NCBI GenBank assembly: GCA_004022145.1
Contig: RCNU01000004.1
Strand: one strand, 5' to 3'
Length of the DNA: 64,000 nt
From: Paecilomyces variotii
Lineage: Eukaryota
The translations under genes were made by a program, and so were the position numbers. The notes beneath the pieces were generated by a model. It made no database searches. It saw only the letters and a list, made by a program, of their open reading frames with translations, and was not told the DNA's origin. Positions 14,301 to 28,238 of the stretch are shown here, one piece after another; position 1 is the stretch's first letter, and every line of letters starts with the position of its first letter.

Positions 14301-17300
14301 AAGCAAGCGTTGTCATCCCGTCAACCCGCCCGGCACGGGGCCATGTTGGCTAGCCAGTATACTAGAAATCAGTGACACTCTACTCAAATGAGCAGCCAAT
14401 TGCCACGGTATGAACAACTGATGCAATCGCGTGGCGCCAACGGCTGCTTCAAGGCCCCCATAACCATATCCCTCTTTTATCAACATGCGAAGTAACATGC
14501 CAGCATCAAGAACTACGGGGTTCACCTGTAGAAATCCCGCAAGCTAGGACCGCCGTCGTGATGATTCGATGAGCCTGCTCCACGGTCTGGGGCGGATCCA
14601 TTGCTCGTTTCGTTGGAACGCAGGTCCAGGCTGAGACGAACAGGGCTATGGCCGTTGACTGATGTCTATAGTGGACCCAATCACGTCCTGGAGACAGAGC
14701 TGCTATGGCAGACAGGGTGGCAGGAGCTAATCAGGCTCAATCAACTATCTTGACGTGAAGTCCAGACTGGACCCATGCGCTCCGACTCCCATTAGCATTG
14801 AGGCTGCCGGACGCAAGTACGGTGTCCGCGATGCGTACAACTTAGGCATGCTCGACTTGGGCAACACAAGTGTATTAAACCAAGTGGGACTGATATAGAA
14901 GTACAAAAGTGAATTTTCCTTCCGTTCTGCCATCGCACCAGGACGTGGGATGCTGCATGTGTAGACTGAGTTGTCGTCGCGAGGCACATCTGTTATCTCC
15001 AATGGAGCAGACTGCTCCGGATGGTAGCCAGAAGATAACTCTCCGGGATATTGCCGTATTATCTCCTGAATGAAGCCTGAAGATTGATAAGGAGCGCGAG
15101 GCATCCAAAGACGAGAGCGATGGAAGCCAGCGGCATACATCTCACGTGAATATCAGATCGCCCGTGACATGGGTGTAGAATGCGGGACCAAGCTTATTTC
15201 TATACATGCAGTAGTCTTCGACATGGCATAAACTCTGAAGAACGAAGTTGGGGATTTGGTCGAGGTGTCAGGTTCGCAGATGCCATGCAGTCAGGTATGA
15301 TAGCTTCAGGCATAGTCATTTTTGGCGCAAGCAAGAGACTGCACTATCAGGGACACCGCCTCAGCCTTTGCAACAGAGGAGTTAGAAAACGATGGAGAAT
15401 AAAAAGAGGTATTAAATGATACTAACTGCAGGAGTTGGCATGAAGAGGCTCATCTCACGGTGTTGCTGTAGTCATATCGATGTGATCAAGTGACTTGACG
15501 GGGAAGACAGGTGAACTTGCGCAAATCTGCCATGACGCGCTGCAGCAGCATCGGGCTGGAGAGCTGGTTACAATCTCAATTGGTTCATGTTTCGCGAACA
15601 TCTGCACTCGAGCAGACAGTACTCCAATTCTGCGGATGACCACAATGGGGCAAGAACCGTGGAGTTGTGGGCGCGTCTGGGCTGCATCCCGACCCCAATC
15701 TCGACTGCGAGATCGCGGACGTCATATGCAAGAGCGCGCATTGCTGCGGGCTCGATCATTCTTTTTCTTCACCGGTGACACGTAAACGCGCCTAGAATTC
15801 GAAGCGTCGACAGTGTTCTGGGTGGAATGATTAAGCGAACATAAGTGAGGTCCATCGTCGGCCAGACGCGCTGGAACGGAAAACAAAAACCATGAGCTAA
15901 TGAATTCTTATTATTATTAACTAATTCACCAATATTCCTTCTGTTTCTGGATCGCAAGAAGTCGCGCTAAGTAGATGCAGAGGCAGGTCACCCGAAGTCA
16001 TAGCTCGTGGAGAGCTGCACGAAAAAAGAAGAAAGCAGGAATCCATCGTGATTCCAGGAATGTCGCAGAGGTTTTGAGCTGTGTCCGCGCTCAACGGCAT
16101 GTTCTCAGTTAACTAACTCTTTCGCATTCTACTCTGACTACTCTACGATAGGGAAGCTGACGTCAGGTGGCCAGAGCTCTTCCCTTATCACTCCAGATTT
16201 CCGCCGGATTGAATGATGATTTGTGCGAGCTTGGACCGTGATCGCGAAACGAGATCCTCCGTCCCAAGTTCGGGTCAGGTACCGGGTGCCTACGATTCGG
16301 GGAGCAGACCCCCCATCTGCGCCTGGAAGAGCCATTGGCATCGCCGCCCAGATTCCAAGGTTTGCACACCGACTCGATCAAGCGGTCAGGATCTCACGAT
16401 TTGTCGGGGACTCGGAGGCGGTAAGAACGAGCTTCGCACGTGGAAGACGGGATCGACGATCATGGGAAAGGGCAATCTCTTAAATCGCGTGAGAGCCCTA
16501 GATATCTACTCTAGTTGGTTTCATACGGGGAACTACTTGAATCATCTGCAGGGCCTCCCGTCCTCTGTTTGGTCTCATCGGTCGAGAGTAGTAGATGCGG
16601 TCCACCCCGACTAGCAGTATACTGTAGTACATATTCTCGATATCAAAGAATGAGTTTTCTCAATACTAGAACAATAATAATAAACAAGACAATAAAACAG
16701 TAGCAAGTACTAACCACTAGTATCCTGAATTTTCGGGCAGCTACTAGTAGTAGTGGGTACAGAGGAGAGGGCTGGGCGCAGATTTTTGCAGTGACGGGAA
16801 AAGAGTCTGCCTGAATCGGGGACGGAAAACAAAACGGAAAACGGAAAAGCATCTGAGGGTTTTCTCCGCATGGCGATTGCTCTAGATACATACATACTGT
16901 AGTATTATTATTAGCAGGTGGAGCCAAGGACTTCGCGTCATCATCTCGAGCATGCATCAGACGAGTCCAGCGTATATAATTGAATGGTAAATTCTAAATT
17001 AATGATGAGTGATATTATGTTCAACTACCTGGTTATATCCGTCATACGGGCTGCATGAGTTTGGACGACCAGGATGATGGGAGAGAGGGAGGTAGGCAAC
17101 CAGTTCAGGCCGGCGCTCGGTTTCATCAGATTCGGACGGTTCGCTGCGTTTTCTGTTTCGGTCGTAGCGTCGCGCACAATCCGTTCCATGCGGGATGAAG
17201 GATGGTGATGATTATTATTCTTCTTAGCAGGGGCGTCTCGAGGGAAGCCAGCCTCCATCGAAGATCGAGAAGCCGAGGGAGCCCGCCGGAGCAGAGATGA

Positions 17301-18106
17301 GACTGGGATCACAACACGGCCCCCCATTCAGCTGTCCGACGATCAACCCAGCGGCCACCCGCGTCGGTCGCATTCCGGAGGGAGCCAACCGTTGCACGTA
17401 GGAGATTCTTAATTAGACTAGTCTAGTCTGGGAGCAGATTATTATTATTGTTGCCAATAATGAAAGAAAAAAAGAAAAGAAAAGAAAAGAAAAAAGCAAA
17501 AAGAAAACAAAAGAGATAGAGTAATTATTACTGGTATCGCCAGCAGAGGGGTCTGTTGCTAGAATGATGAGACGACCAAATTCAATTCATTCCGCGTTGA
17601 TGAGTTCTTCCATTTTTATCAATATCAATCATCAATCGATCAATCAACAATCGCGTCTTTCTGTTGGGAGCGCGATTCTGTTTCTCTGTTTCTCAGTTTC
17701 TCAAGACTTCTCAAGGCGACGTCGAGTGGAGGAGTCGCCCGAAGCGGACAGTCAGCCGAGCGCAGGTGCCGGTCACGAGACCCGAGAGGCACGTTGAGCC
17801 TTTTCCCGGGCCAGCGCAGGGCGCTGCGACGAGTAACCTCAGAACAGCAATAATATAACAATACCTACGCATAATAATTAATGATAATAGCACTGCGCCA
17901 GCCAGTCAGAAAAAGAACGTAGCGCTGGATTGTGTGATTCGCGAAAAAAAAAAAGAAAAAAGACATGGGCGAGGAATCGGATAGGGGCAGATGGGCAGAC
18001 GGACATCCCATCGAGCGTGCGTCATGGGCGATACGCGGAGCGGGCACGACCGGATCCATCGCGAGTTGCGCTGGCGAGCCAGTCAGCTCGGGCGGCGGTA
18101 CAAATG

Positions 18107-20894
18107 CCCCATCGCCCGCTCTTCTCGTCGCTGCGGCCTTCAGTCTCTGCTCTCTCTCGTTGGTCGTCTTGCCTCCCTGCGACTCTCGAGGCTCATCCTA
18201 TCAAGCATCTTCGCACCTGTTCACCGTCAACCCAATCATCGCGTTGGATTGATCCTATCCTATCCTATCCTTCAATCATCAATCGCATACTCTGTTGGTT
18301 TGCTCACCGTCGCAGCAAATCATCGACCTACTCGACCAGGTACGTTTCGTCGTTTTTTTTTTGCTTTTGGTTTCGCCGGCGCGGTCCCATCCTGCAGCCT
18401 CATATCCAACTTTTCCCGCCCGTTTCGTTTCTCTGATTTTTTTTGGCCCTCTGCTGCTTGTTCTTTTGCCTGTTCCCGTGTCCGCGCTCGGGGAAAACCG
18501 TCAGCGCGCACCAACAGGATCCGGCGCGCGGCTGTTGTGCGTGCTGGTTTGAGAGAGAGAGAGAGAGAGATACTAGGTACTACTGCTACTCTAGATAGTA
18601 GTAAGTAGTATCAAGTAGTAGCAAGTAAGGACTGTGCTTTGCTCAGCGCTGCTTGCTGCTACTACTAAGTTACCTCTCTGACTTGGCTCTGGCTCAGTCG
18701 CGTTGGGTCAGTCACATCAACTGAATCAACATCAACACGGCCTCGCCCTCGCCCTTCCCGTCTTCCCCTTCGATTTATTTCGTTCTTCTTTCTGTGATTG
18801 TTATTTTATTCTTCGCATTTACCATTTACGATCTACTATTATTTTTTTATTATTCCTATTGGATTACCGTATTCCTGGATCATTATTCATTTCATATATT
18901 CACCTCCGCGTCCGGCCGCCCTGACATCAGCGCCCGGCGCCCACGGTCGCGCGGAAGAGCCCTTGGCGCTGGTCGCCATCCTGTTGGGCTGCACATTCTC
19001 TCGCTTCTTTGCCCCCCCGCGAATCACCCAGAACGATTCCCTCGCCCACTCTGCTTTCCCCCCTCTCTCTTCCTTCCCGCCGGTTTAACGTCTTCCCCTA
19101 CCCGCTGCCTCAAATCACCGTGTCCCTCTGCTCGGGTCCCTGCTGTGGTCCTGGAATCGTCTGCTCATAGGCGCCCCTGCGGAGAATAACCCGTCAAGCC
19201 AGACTACCTGGCGCCCTCTGCCCTTCTTGTCCACTTGCCCAAGCTTTTCTGTCCGTGTTGTTGCGGCCCGCTGTCGCGCCGCCATCCTGCCCTCATCGTG
19301 CCGCCCGTGAACCTCGAGCGCCCACTTGCAGTCCCACGAGCTAACATTCGCACACGCGCAGGCCCTGCACAGCTGAGAGAAGGACAGAAAAAAAGAGGGA
19401 AAGAAGCACAGTCAATCGTACGCGCGCAACCTGGTTGTTGAACGATCGCCAAAAAGAAAAGAAGAAAAGAATCCGTTGTCAGCCCAGATCATCACTGGTG
19501 CGCCGTCGCGCGTTCCCTTCGACTCAATCGCATCTCTGTCGCCGCCGCGTGAGACGGCGTCATCGTACACTTCGTTGCGAAGCTCCCTTCTGCAGTGCGT
19601 TGTCGCTGCCTATCAGCTGGCCCCGATCCCGCTGCCCCTCGCGAAGAGGCACGAACGGTCGCACAGGAAAAAAGAAAGGAACCTTGCGCGCGCGTCTGTG
19701 GTATAAGAATTGGACGTTTTGGTAGGGTACGCTGGATGCGCGAAGCTGATCGACAAGGTATGTTTTCTTTTTTTTTCTTTGGCTGCAGCACAGAACAAGC
19801 TCCCGCATTCTGCCAACGCATACATCCTCCCGAGTCGCCGGGCTAGTTTAACGCGAAACCCCACCATTCCTCTTTCCCTCCCCCTCTTTATCAATCGCTC
19901 CCCCGAGTGCAGACGCGGGAAAGCCTGTTGTTGGTCGACGATGGCAACTGACGATTGTGATCTTAGAACTGCCGTCGCAAGCCCGCTCCTGGCGCATCTC
20001 TGACATCAGAGAGACCTTCTGAACCCTCTATCGGACCTCGAGTTGTGAGGAACCTAGTTCTGCTTCGGAACCCGGAAGATCTCTCGGAGCACAAGCCGCT
20101 GGCACCGTCTCATCTTCTTGTTTCACTTGCTTCAGAATTGCTTCCCTGCAGGCAACAGGCAGATCGAAGCAATTAGCGTCGGCCATCTCCAAGTTCGCGT
20201 AGCTGTGCCGCCTCGTGCATCGTCTTTGCGCTGGCCGGTAGACAGTTCCCTGCGCCACGATCAGGTCATCGATATCACGTTCGCCCTTGACAACGCATCA
20301 AGGACGGCTTTTGTTCGAACCTACCCCGGTCCGCTGCATCAGAGCCCAACCACGTCTTATTAGGAGGGCGTTGCGTAAAGACTGGCACAAAGACCCGGAA
20401 TTTCCACAACGGAAATCCCCAGTGCAGACTGAGCAAACAACGAACGCTGTTGTCCCATACTCCCAAGTGCCGTCGTAAGACGCTGTATTGGCGAAGGAAA
20501 AGGTAAGCGCTCCAGTTGTCGCCCTAGAGCCCCCATCTGAAAGTTCTCCACCCGACGTCCGTTCCTAGCCAGTTAAGGTTGAGTTGGATGCTGACGCGAC
20601 GTCTCGAAGCTGTCGACAATCGTTCTCTAGCCTGTCGAATCAGCTGCCCGCAGACGTCCTTCGGTGGTGAAAAGCTCCGTATCCCAAGGAGCACCTTCGC
20701 CCATCTCTGCCTCCCCAGTTAAGACCGTCAGGATACTCGCGACACAACCTGTCCTGCATCTTCGCATTGTGACCAGGCGAGTCGCATTTCGCCTTCGTCG
20801 CTGACCTCCGTACGAATCCTTCAATCCTCCCGTTCATTGTCCGCGGTGTATTTATTGAGGTGACGGGAACCGCAGTCACTACCCCGATTCCATC
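18107..20894 (+). promoter_or_regulatory. Extended promoter/5' leader of hapB with predicted UTR introns (donor GTACGT 18340; 19758-19966; 20503-20630)
   Basis: Canonical donors, branch points (ACTGAC, GCTGAC) and YAG acceptors upstream of the hapB ATG; pyrimidine-rich tracts; near-absence of ATG on + strand. Confidence 0.6.
18551..18570. repeat. (GA)10 microsatellite
   Basis: Direct read of sequence. Confidence 0.9.
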
Positions 20895-21965
20895 ATGGAA
20901 TATCCTCCTCAATACCAGCAGCCTCACGGCCAACATCCGCATGCCCCGTCCCATATTCCCGGCGCATATCAAACCGCGGCAGCCAATGCGCCTCCTCCAG
21001 TCGGATCGATGACCTCGCCAACGAACGCGCAGGCGCACATGCAACAAGGACACCCCAATCACCAGGCGTCCCCGATCCTTCCGTCGCAGAGTCATTACCA
21101 GCAACCGCAAAATGCCCCGGGGGCTGTGCATCAACAGATGAACTTTCCTCAATCCTACGCCATGCCCCAGACGTATGGAATCTCTCCGTCCCAGGCAGCG
21201 GCCATGGCCACGGCGGCCGCCTCTGGTCAGTTCTATCCTCTACATCAGGATGCGATGGCAGGCCAGATGCAGGGACCTCGCGGCTCCCCCCGGATGCCCG
21301 GAGTGCAGGTCAAGAACGAGCGGAATCCTCGATCTCCGCCGCAGGTGCCGGGCCCGATGCCTCACATGGCGCAGGTTCCCATGTCGCAAAATGCTCAGTT
21401 GCAACAGCAGCGTCGCATGAGCCATGTGGGCAGCCCGCATGTTCCTACCGCGCAGCCCGTTATGAATCACGTCGGACGACCATCGGTACCACCCTCGATG
21501 CCGCCTCCGCCGCAGCCGCCCGTTCAGCAGAGCCAGCCTTCCCCCGAAGTAGGCGCCGCCCCGGCTGAGGAATCTCCCCTCTATGTCAACGCGAAGCAGT
21601 TCCACCGCATTCTCAAGCGACGAGTCGCGCGGCAAAAGTTGGAGGAGCAGCTCCGGTTGACCTCCAAGGGCCGGAAACCGTACCTGCACGAGTCTCGTCA
21701 CAACCACGCCATGCGGCGACCTCGTGGTCCTGGTGGCCGTTTCTTGACCGCTGACGAGGTGGCCGCCATGGAGAAGAACCAGGCCGCAGGATCAGCCTCG
21801 GGGAAGGAGAATGCCAACAGTTCCAACGACCACTCCTCGACGGCCCAGAAGCGCAAGTCTGACGCGCTCGGGAACGACAACGATGCGGCCGCAAAGAAGG
21901 CCAAGACAAGGACCAGCGAGGAGAGCGAACCGGAATCGGCTGGCGTGTCGGACGAGGACGGTTGA
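20895..21965 (+). CDS. hapB: CCAAT-binding complex subunit HapB (NF-YA/Hap2), 356 aa, single coding exon
   Basis: Core domain [26 protein letters not shown]...[27 protein letters not shown]-rich N-terminus; C-terminal bipartite NLS-like KRK...KKAK. Confidence 0.97.
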   Translation: MEYPPQYQQPHGQHPHAPSHIPGAYQTAAANAPPPVGSMTSPTNAQAHMQQGHPNHQASPILPSQSHYQQPQNAPGAVHQQMNFPQSYAMPQTYGISPSQAAAMATAAASGQFYPLHQDAMAGQMQGPRGSPRMPGVQVKNERNPRSPPQVPGPMPHMAQVPMSQNAQLQQQRRMSHVGSPHVPTAQPVMNHVGRPSVPPSMPPPPQPPVQQSQPSPEVGAAPAEESPLYVNAKQFHRILKRRVARQKLEEQLRLTSKGRKPYLHESRHNHAMRRPRGPGGRFLTADEVAAMEKNQAAGSASGKENANSSNDHSSTAQKRKSDALGNDNDAAAKKAKTRTSEESEPESAGVSDEDG

Positions 21966-24667
21966 ACGAATCGCCTTTTGTCCTCTGGTCCATTGCACTT
22001 GGACCCTCTCTTTCTGTCTTTCTTCTCGGTATCTACTCTTCATCATGGCTGCAGTTATGGATGGATGGATGTCTGGTATTCTTCTAGCAAGCGACGTGTG
22101 CATTCTTGTGTGTTTTCGTTTCTCTTGATGCTGTTTCATGCTTACTCACTCAGATTGACCCGCTTCACTCTTCATGTTATGTCCGTTTATAGTGTTTTTT
22201 TGTTGGGAGGGATGATGATGACGTTATTGTTTCCATTGTTTTACGGCCCCCTTTTTCTTCATTGATCATGTCTTCGTTTTTCCCCCTTTATATGATGCGC
22301 TCCATCTCCATGAGACGATCTTGCCCCCTTCACTTTATTGTCGATGCCTCAATGTGTTATGTTGGCATCTTCGATTCGTGCGGATATATTTATATATGTG
22401 GATTGACGGAAAGAATGCTTTCTTTCACATTTCTTCTTCTCCGGCACACGCCAGATCTTCCTGCTGCTGGTCGACATGCTAAGTGTCAATTGATGTCTCT
22501 AGCGATCCAAGGCAGGCAGCATAATGATCAACCACCTGCCGGCCGCATGGCGTGTCTCGCAGCAGTTCTTTTGCCCCACGATTATTGATTGTTTGTCATT
22601 GCGTTTATTGGGACTGGGTTGGGAAATTTAGAGAGGTATCCATCACTGGTAAAACATATAAAAAAAGAAACACTGAGCAAAGGGTTGAAGTGAAGGGCAT
22701 GGCAGACTCGGGACGTTTACAGAACCGAGAATATGACCCGTTATTTCCTGTTCCTATGAGGAGAGGCGGATTGACTACGTATCAATGATACCTGTCATGT
22801 CTTCTTGGGATGAGCTTTTTTCCTTTTCTTGTTTTCATTTATCTGTCTGGGGGATTCATGACTGTTTCTTTAGCATCTGACGGTGGGGACCGGTTTTGGG
22901 TTCTGGGTTGGGATACCCACGATCGAATCATGCTCCTTCTCTTCTGACGCTCGTTTGTACTCTTGATGAAACTATTTTGGATCACGCTTGACGAATCTCG
23001 TTCTTCTACTTTCTAAATTGTTCGTTCCACATGTCTTGGTTCCTTGATTCTTCCACTCGGAGGTCGTATGATGATGCCATGAACAAGTTCGCCGGGGAGG
23101 GTGTTGTAGATTTGAGAAGAAAAAGAAAAAAGACAAAAGGCGCTTCCATGTAATATAATCCAGCCCACATAAAAAAGAATATTTATCATCGGCGATGGCC
23201 TCCATGTCTGGCGTAGTAACTGATCAGTCGTAGTTAAGGGGAGGATCCGTCGCAATCGCGTACTATTGACCATACCAACAATGACACCACAATAGGGGAA
23301 GAGAGATCAAAGAAATGAATAACGATTATGCAGTGAATGGCTCTATTGAATAGCAGGCGCTAAGGGTCTCGATCCGTCTTTATAGGCACCAGTTGTTGTT
23401 TCGTCAATGCTGTGAAGTTCAATGGAAGAATATCAATGTCTCTGGTGCGAAGCAAAGGCGCCTCTAATCCTCTGTTATACCTTGCTTTGCAGAGTTACTA
23501 GGAGTATTACTCAACTTCCATCCACGCAGCATTGTGCTAGCTACTACCTAGATAGGTGGCCATCGAGCGCAGAGGCTCGAGTTCTTGGATCAGGATTGGT
23601 GGATAACTATCGATCAGATCAGACTTGCCAGGTGAGAGCTCACTTTCCCCTTGTATTCAACATTGTCATCGTCCCTGCCTCCCCCCATCTCCTATCACCA
23701 TCTTCCCGACGTGGTGGACGAGGGAGCTGTCATGTCGAACGGTTGATAGACGGAGGATGGTGGCCATACCGGGCTGGGTTTAGCCGCACGCGCTCTCCAC
23801 CGCGATCCGCCCGTCTCCAGCTCCTCTCCAGCCTCTCTTTCTCCCCTTCTCCTCTTCGCAACGCCATCCTTTCCCCGATCCAGGTCAGCGTCTGCTCCCC
23901 CGGGTCGAGCTCCACGTTCATCTGATCATCAATGTGCTCGGGGATAGCTTCTTATCTTGTCGCTTGCTCCCCCTGAATCTTTCTTGTCTGGGCTTCTTGT
24001 AGGTTGCCTGCCTCACTTCTCATCTCTCGTGTTTAGCCGCTGCCCTTGTCTCTCGTACCCCCAGTCCTGGCCTTCTCTTCTCGCATCTCCTCCCTTCATC
24101 CTTATTTTAATTATCTCTCTCTCTATCTTCATACGCTACACGTTCCGTTTCTTTTCTTTCTGAGGTCAATCTTCACTTGCCTCGTCACGCTTCGAGCGTC
24201 CATCCATCTCCGTCACTCCCGCGCATCTGCCCTAGTTCCTCTCCTATTCATCAGGTCGCCGTGCATCAGCTGGCTGGTTGTCTCGGTGAACCCAAGAGTC
24301 CACGATCGTGGCTGGGTGGATATACCAACTCTTTTATCACTTCTTTCTTGATCGCTCTTTGGCGAAGCCTTCTTATCGCTCTCTCTTGCTGAAACAAACT
24401 CCCTCGCCTCTGTTGCCCTACCTGCACGGTCACATCGTCAACCACCTTTTCTCTTGAAAACTGTCTCTAACGCTCACTATGTCGGATCTTAGCTTACGTT
24501 GGCGATCTCGAAGCGTCCTGTCGATAGCTTTTGGCCAGTGCTGGTCTCCCGGCGTGACTTAGCGTGACCTGGCGACGTGATCGTATCGCGTCTGTCGTCA
24601 TATTATCGGTGTCTACTGATTTACCAGAAAGAACCCTGGGGTCTTGTGAATAGTCCATTCGGCAGCA

Positions 24668-27543
24668 ATGGATTCGTACGACGGTTATGGCTCCCCTGGG
24701 AGGAGTCGCGACGGAGACTCCTATCCGTCTAGAGCCCCAGTCGATTCGTATCGTCGCAGGTCTCCTGGTACCAGCGCCCGTCTGACACCCCAAGCTATTA
24801 TTATGACATATGGCTGACAATTTGCAGCTTCCCAGGATCGCCGCCGTGGACGTGGCCGTTCTCGATCTCCTGTCCTGATTGACCGTTACGAACCGGTGGA
24901 CCGTCCCCGATCCTCTCGTGATGACTACTACGGAAATTCTCGTGACCATGCAGCAAGGGACCGTGAGGACCGCCGCAGAGCTCCTTCGCCTCATGTCGCC
25001 AATATCGACCGCTACGTTCCCGGACAGGATTCCGGAAAGCGCCCGATTCCTACCAACCCCCTTCCCAACCCGTTGACATTGGACTTCCAAGTTGGATTTA
25101 ATTGGTTTGCGGAATGGTGGAGAGCGGAGCAGGCTATCAAGGAGGAAAAGGAGCGCGCGAAACATGGCGGACGGCGTCCGTCTGATCGCGTCAAGGGAGA
25201 GCGCGAGGCCCGCGAGGATCGAGAAAGGGAGAGGGGACAGATCCAGGCGGCCTACGATGCCTATAAGGCGGAACTGCAGGTAAAGATGGCTAGGGCCTTC
25301 GTGCAGCAGCATCGTAATGAAGAGTGGTTCAAGGAACGCTATGTCCCAGAGATCCGAGATCCTCTGCGGCGCCGCCTGATGGATTTTCGGAGCGGCGCTT
25401 ACGCGCAATGGGAGCGCGACATTGAGTCGGGCGTCTTTGACGAATTCACCCTGGAAGGAATTTACAAGAGTGAGAGCGACGGAGCAGGCGGTATCATCGA
25501 GAAGGAAGAGGGTGAAGCCACCGCTGTCGGTGAGACCCTCGGAGTCCTCGACTTGCTTCCCGCTAGGGGCGCGGAATTGCGCGACGAAGCGCTTTCCCAG
25601 CCCGCGCTTCTTATCAAGACACTGGCCCCGAACGTCAGCCGAGAGAAGATCGAGGAATTCTGCAAGGAGCATCTTGGTGAGCAAGACGGCGGCTTCAAGT
25701 GGCTCAGTTTGAGTGACCCAAATCCGGCAAAGAAGTACCATCGGATGGGATGGATTATGCTCCACCCCGCTCCTGAGCCACCGGCTGTGGTTGAAAGAGG
25801 CGACGGCCGCGATGAGGAAGGAGAAGAGATGGAAGCCGATGCTACTGCCAATGGATCAAGCACGGCGTCGACAGCCGAGAAGGCACTGGACGCCGTCAAT
25901 GATAAGACCATCCATGATCCAGTCCACGGTGACTTTGTCTGCCATGTTGGTGTGCATGTGCCACCTTCGCAGCCTCGCAAAAAGGCTCTTTGGGACCTCT
26001 TTTCGGCCCCAGAACGTATTGAGCGTGACCTCGCGTTGGCAAGGCGACTGGTGGCCAAGTTTGACTCGGAAATGGGTGAAAATGCAGATGGTTTCACCAA
26101 GATAGAAGAGCGGGTGGAAGATCTCCGCGGAAAAGGCTGGTTGCAGCCTCCCGTTACCGGGCCTGTCAGCGTCAAGAAGCGCAAGAACGGGTTTGGCTCA
26201 GAGGACGGGTTGGACGAAGGCGAGGCCGAAGAAGGCGAAGAACAGGAAGGATGGGAAGAAGAAGAAATTGACGACGAAGACCTACTGGTCAAGAAAAAGA
26301 AACTGGACCTCATGGTCGAGTATCTCCGCCGGGTGTATAACTTCTGTTTCTTCTGTGTCTTTGAGAGCGACTCCGTGCATGAACTTGTCCGGAAATGTCC
26401 CGGTGGCCACCTGCGTCGTCCACGAGCCGGACTGACCAGTCAGGCAAAAGCTGTGGCTAAGGCCAGCGCCCAGGGGCAGCCGTTCCCTGCCAAGAAAAAG
26501 GAGCAGGCTGAGGAGGGTGAGGAGACCACAGTTCCGGTCGAAGAGAAGCGCCCTCAGCGGTTTGCTTCCAAGTCGGAGCAGCAGTTGCAGCGTGCGTTCA
26601 ACTGGGTCAAGACGTTTGAAGACAAGCTTCTCCAAATTCTAGAGCCGGAGAATGTGGACATTAGAAAGCTGGGTGGAAAGCCCGTCGAGGAAGCGCTTGA
26701 GGAGGAATTGTCCAAATATATCAAACAGGAAGACGAGTCCAAGTTCCGCTGCAAGGTCCCGGAGTGTACCAAATTGTTCAAGGCGGAGCACTTCTGGCGT
26801 AAACACGTGGAGAAACGTCATCCTGAATGGTATGAGAACATTAAGAAAGATGTAAGTCTCTGTGTTCGCGAATTTCCAATAGTTCTGGAGCTGACAAGCT
26901 GTAGCTTACCCTCGTGAATGCATATGTTCTGGACCCTGCCCACATTGCGCCCTCTCGGTCCGACGCCAATAGCAATGGTCACTTCCCTCTTTCATCTGCG
27001 CACATGCAGACAGGGACTCCTCGTGGCTTCAACCTTTCCAACATGCCCTACTTTGGCGCCAACGGCGTCGCTGGGAACTTCCAGGGTATGCCAGGTCCAG
27101 GTTTTGCTGGCTTCGTGGGTGTAGGCCAGGCCGGTGCATTCAATGCAAACGGACTGATCGCTGGAGACCCTTCCCTCCATCAGCCTGGTGTCATGCGTCG
27201 AAATGGCGGTAGGTATAGCAACCGCTCGGGACCGTACGACCGTCGCGGCGGTCGTTACGGCCAGGGAGGAGGTATGGGCAATGGCCGTTTGAGCCCTGTC
27301 CGAGGTATGCCTGGCATATTTGGATCTGGTGGCCGGCTTCCATACAATGCTAGTGCAGCGTACGTTCCCCCAGGACACCCGGCCGCCGAGCTTGTCGGTC
27401 ATGGCGGTTTCCCTGATGCTATGGGTTCTGGAGGCGCACAACAAGCTATGGGTCCTCGTGAAGCTGTGCAGGGTCGCAGCTTGAAGAGTTATGAGGATCT
27501 CGATGCCGTTGGAGGTGCTGGAAGTGGCGAGTTGAACTACTAA
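24668..27543 (+). CDS. Ars2/SERRATE (SRRT) cap-binding-complex adaptor with C2H2 zinc finger; exons 24668-24767, 24828-26851, 26905-27543
   Basis: RS-rich N-terminus; FVQQHRNEEWFKERY; LDLMVEYLRRVYNFCFFC; C2H2 CKVPECTKLFKAEHFWRKHVEKRH; C-terminal SYEDLDA; both introns keep frame. Confidence 0.92.
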
Positions 27544-28238
27544 ACGTTACTACCCGCCATTGAGACAATTTTGCGCGCCATGAATCATTACTCTGTGCTT
27601 AGTTGCCCTTCATTCTTTTCACCTGCGATACCAGGATAAAAAGCCCTGTTGCCTTGTGAGCCATTATCGGCTAATCACGACTATTCTTGCCTCATTTCTC
27701 CATTTTCACTTTTTATTCCTAGTCATGCAAAAGCAATCAGAAGGGTTACGTGAACCATGGCGGCTTTTCGGGACAGTTATGCAGTGAGGGGGATCTTTTC
27801 GACATGTGTGCCGTGTATCATATTGCTATTCATAGGAATCGATGTCAGTTAGGCCTTTTTATAATTGATCTCGCGCTCATGTCTCTTAGAGTCAGCGACA
27901 AGTATGTTGCACGAGTCATCATGAAGCAGTTGTAGACAATACTGCAGTCGATGGCCAATTCGTATGTTTGGCTAGTACGGTTAGATTCAATTGATGCTCT
28001 ATGCATTCTCCGTTTTGACACCATATTTGGCCAGCTACCGCTATTGTTTCGTTCGCTAACTGCGAATATTAACGTATTAGTTCAGTTAATAGCCATCAAG
28101 AATATAGTCACTATTGTCTTATTGGTACAGGTGTCAAGTTTATATTATGTAGCAAGCGCCCAAATCTACTTCTGCAGTATTAAAATGATACCAAGCGTGT
28201 TAAGACTGAACACTAATTAGCAAGAAAGGATACTTGGC

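Noticed and set aside
17900-20500. Many 60-205 aa ORFs upstream of hapB
   Set aside because: Mostly TTG/GTG starts in low-complexity leader DNA; not credible eukaryotic genes
24494-26313. Long antisense ORFs (423 aa, 283 aa) opposite Ars2, and similar ones opposite uncA, hapB and OPT
   Set aside because: Shadows of codon-biased genes; no recognisable domains
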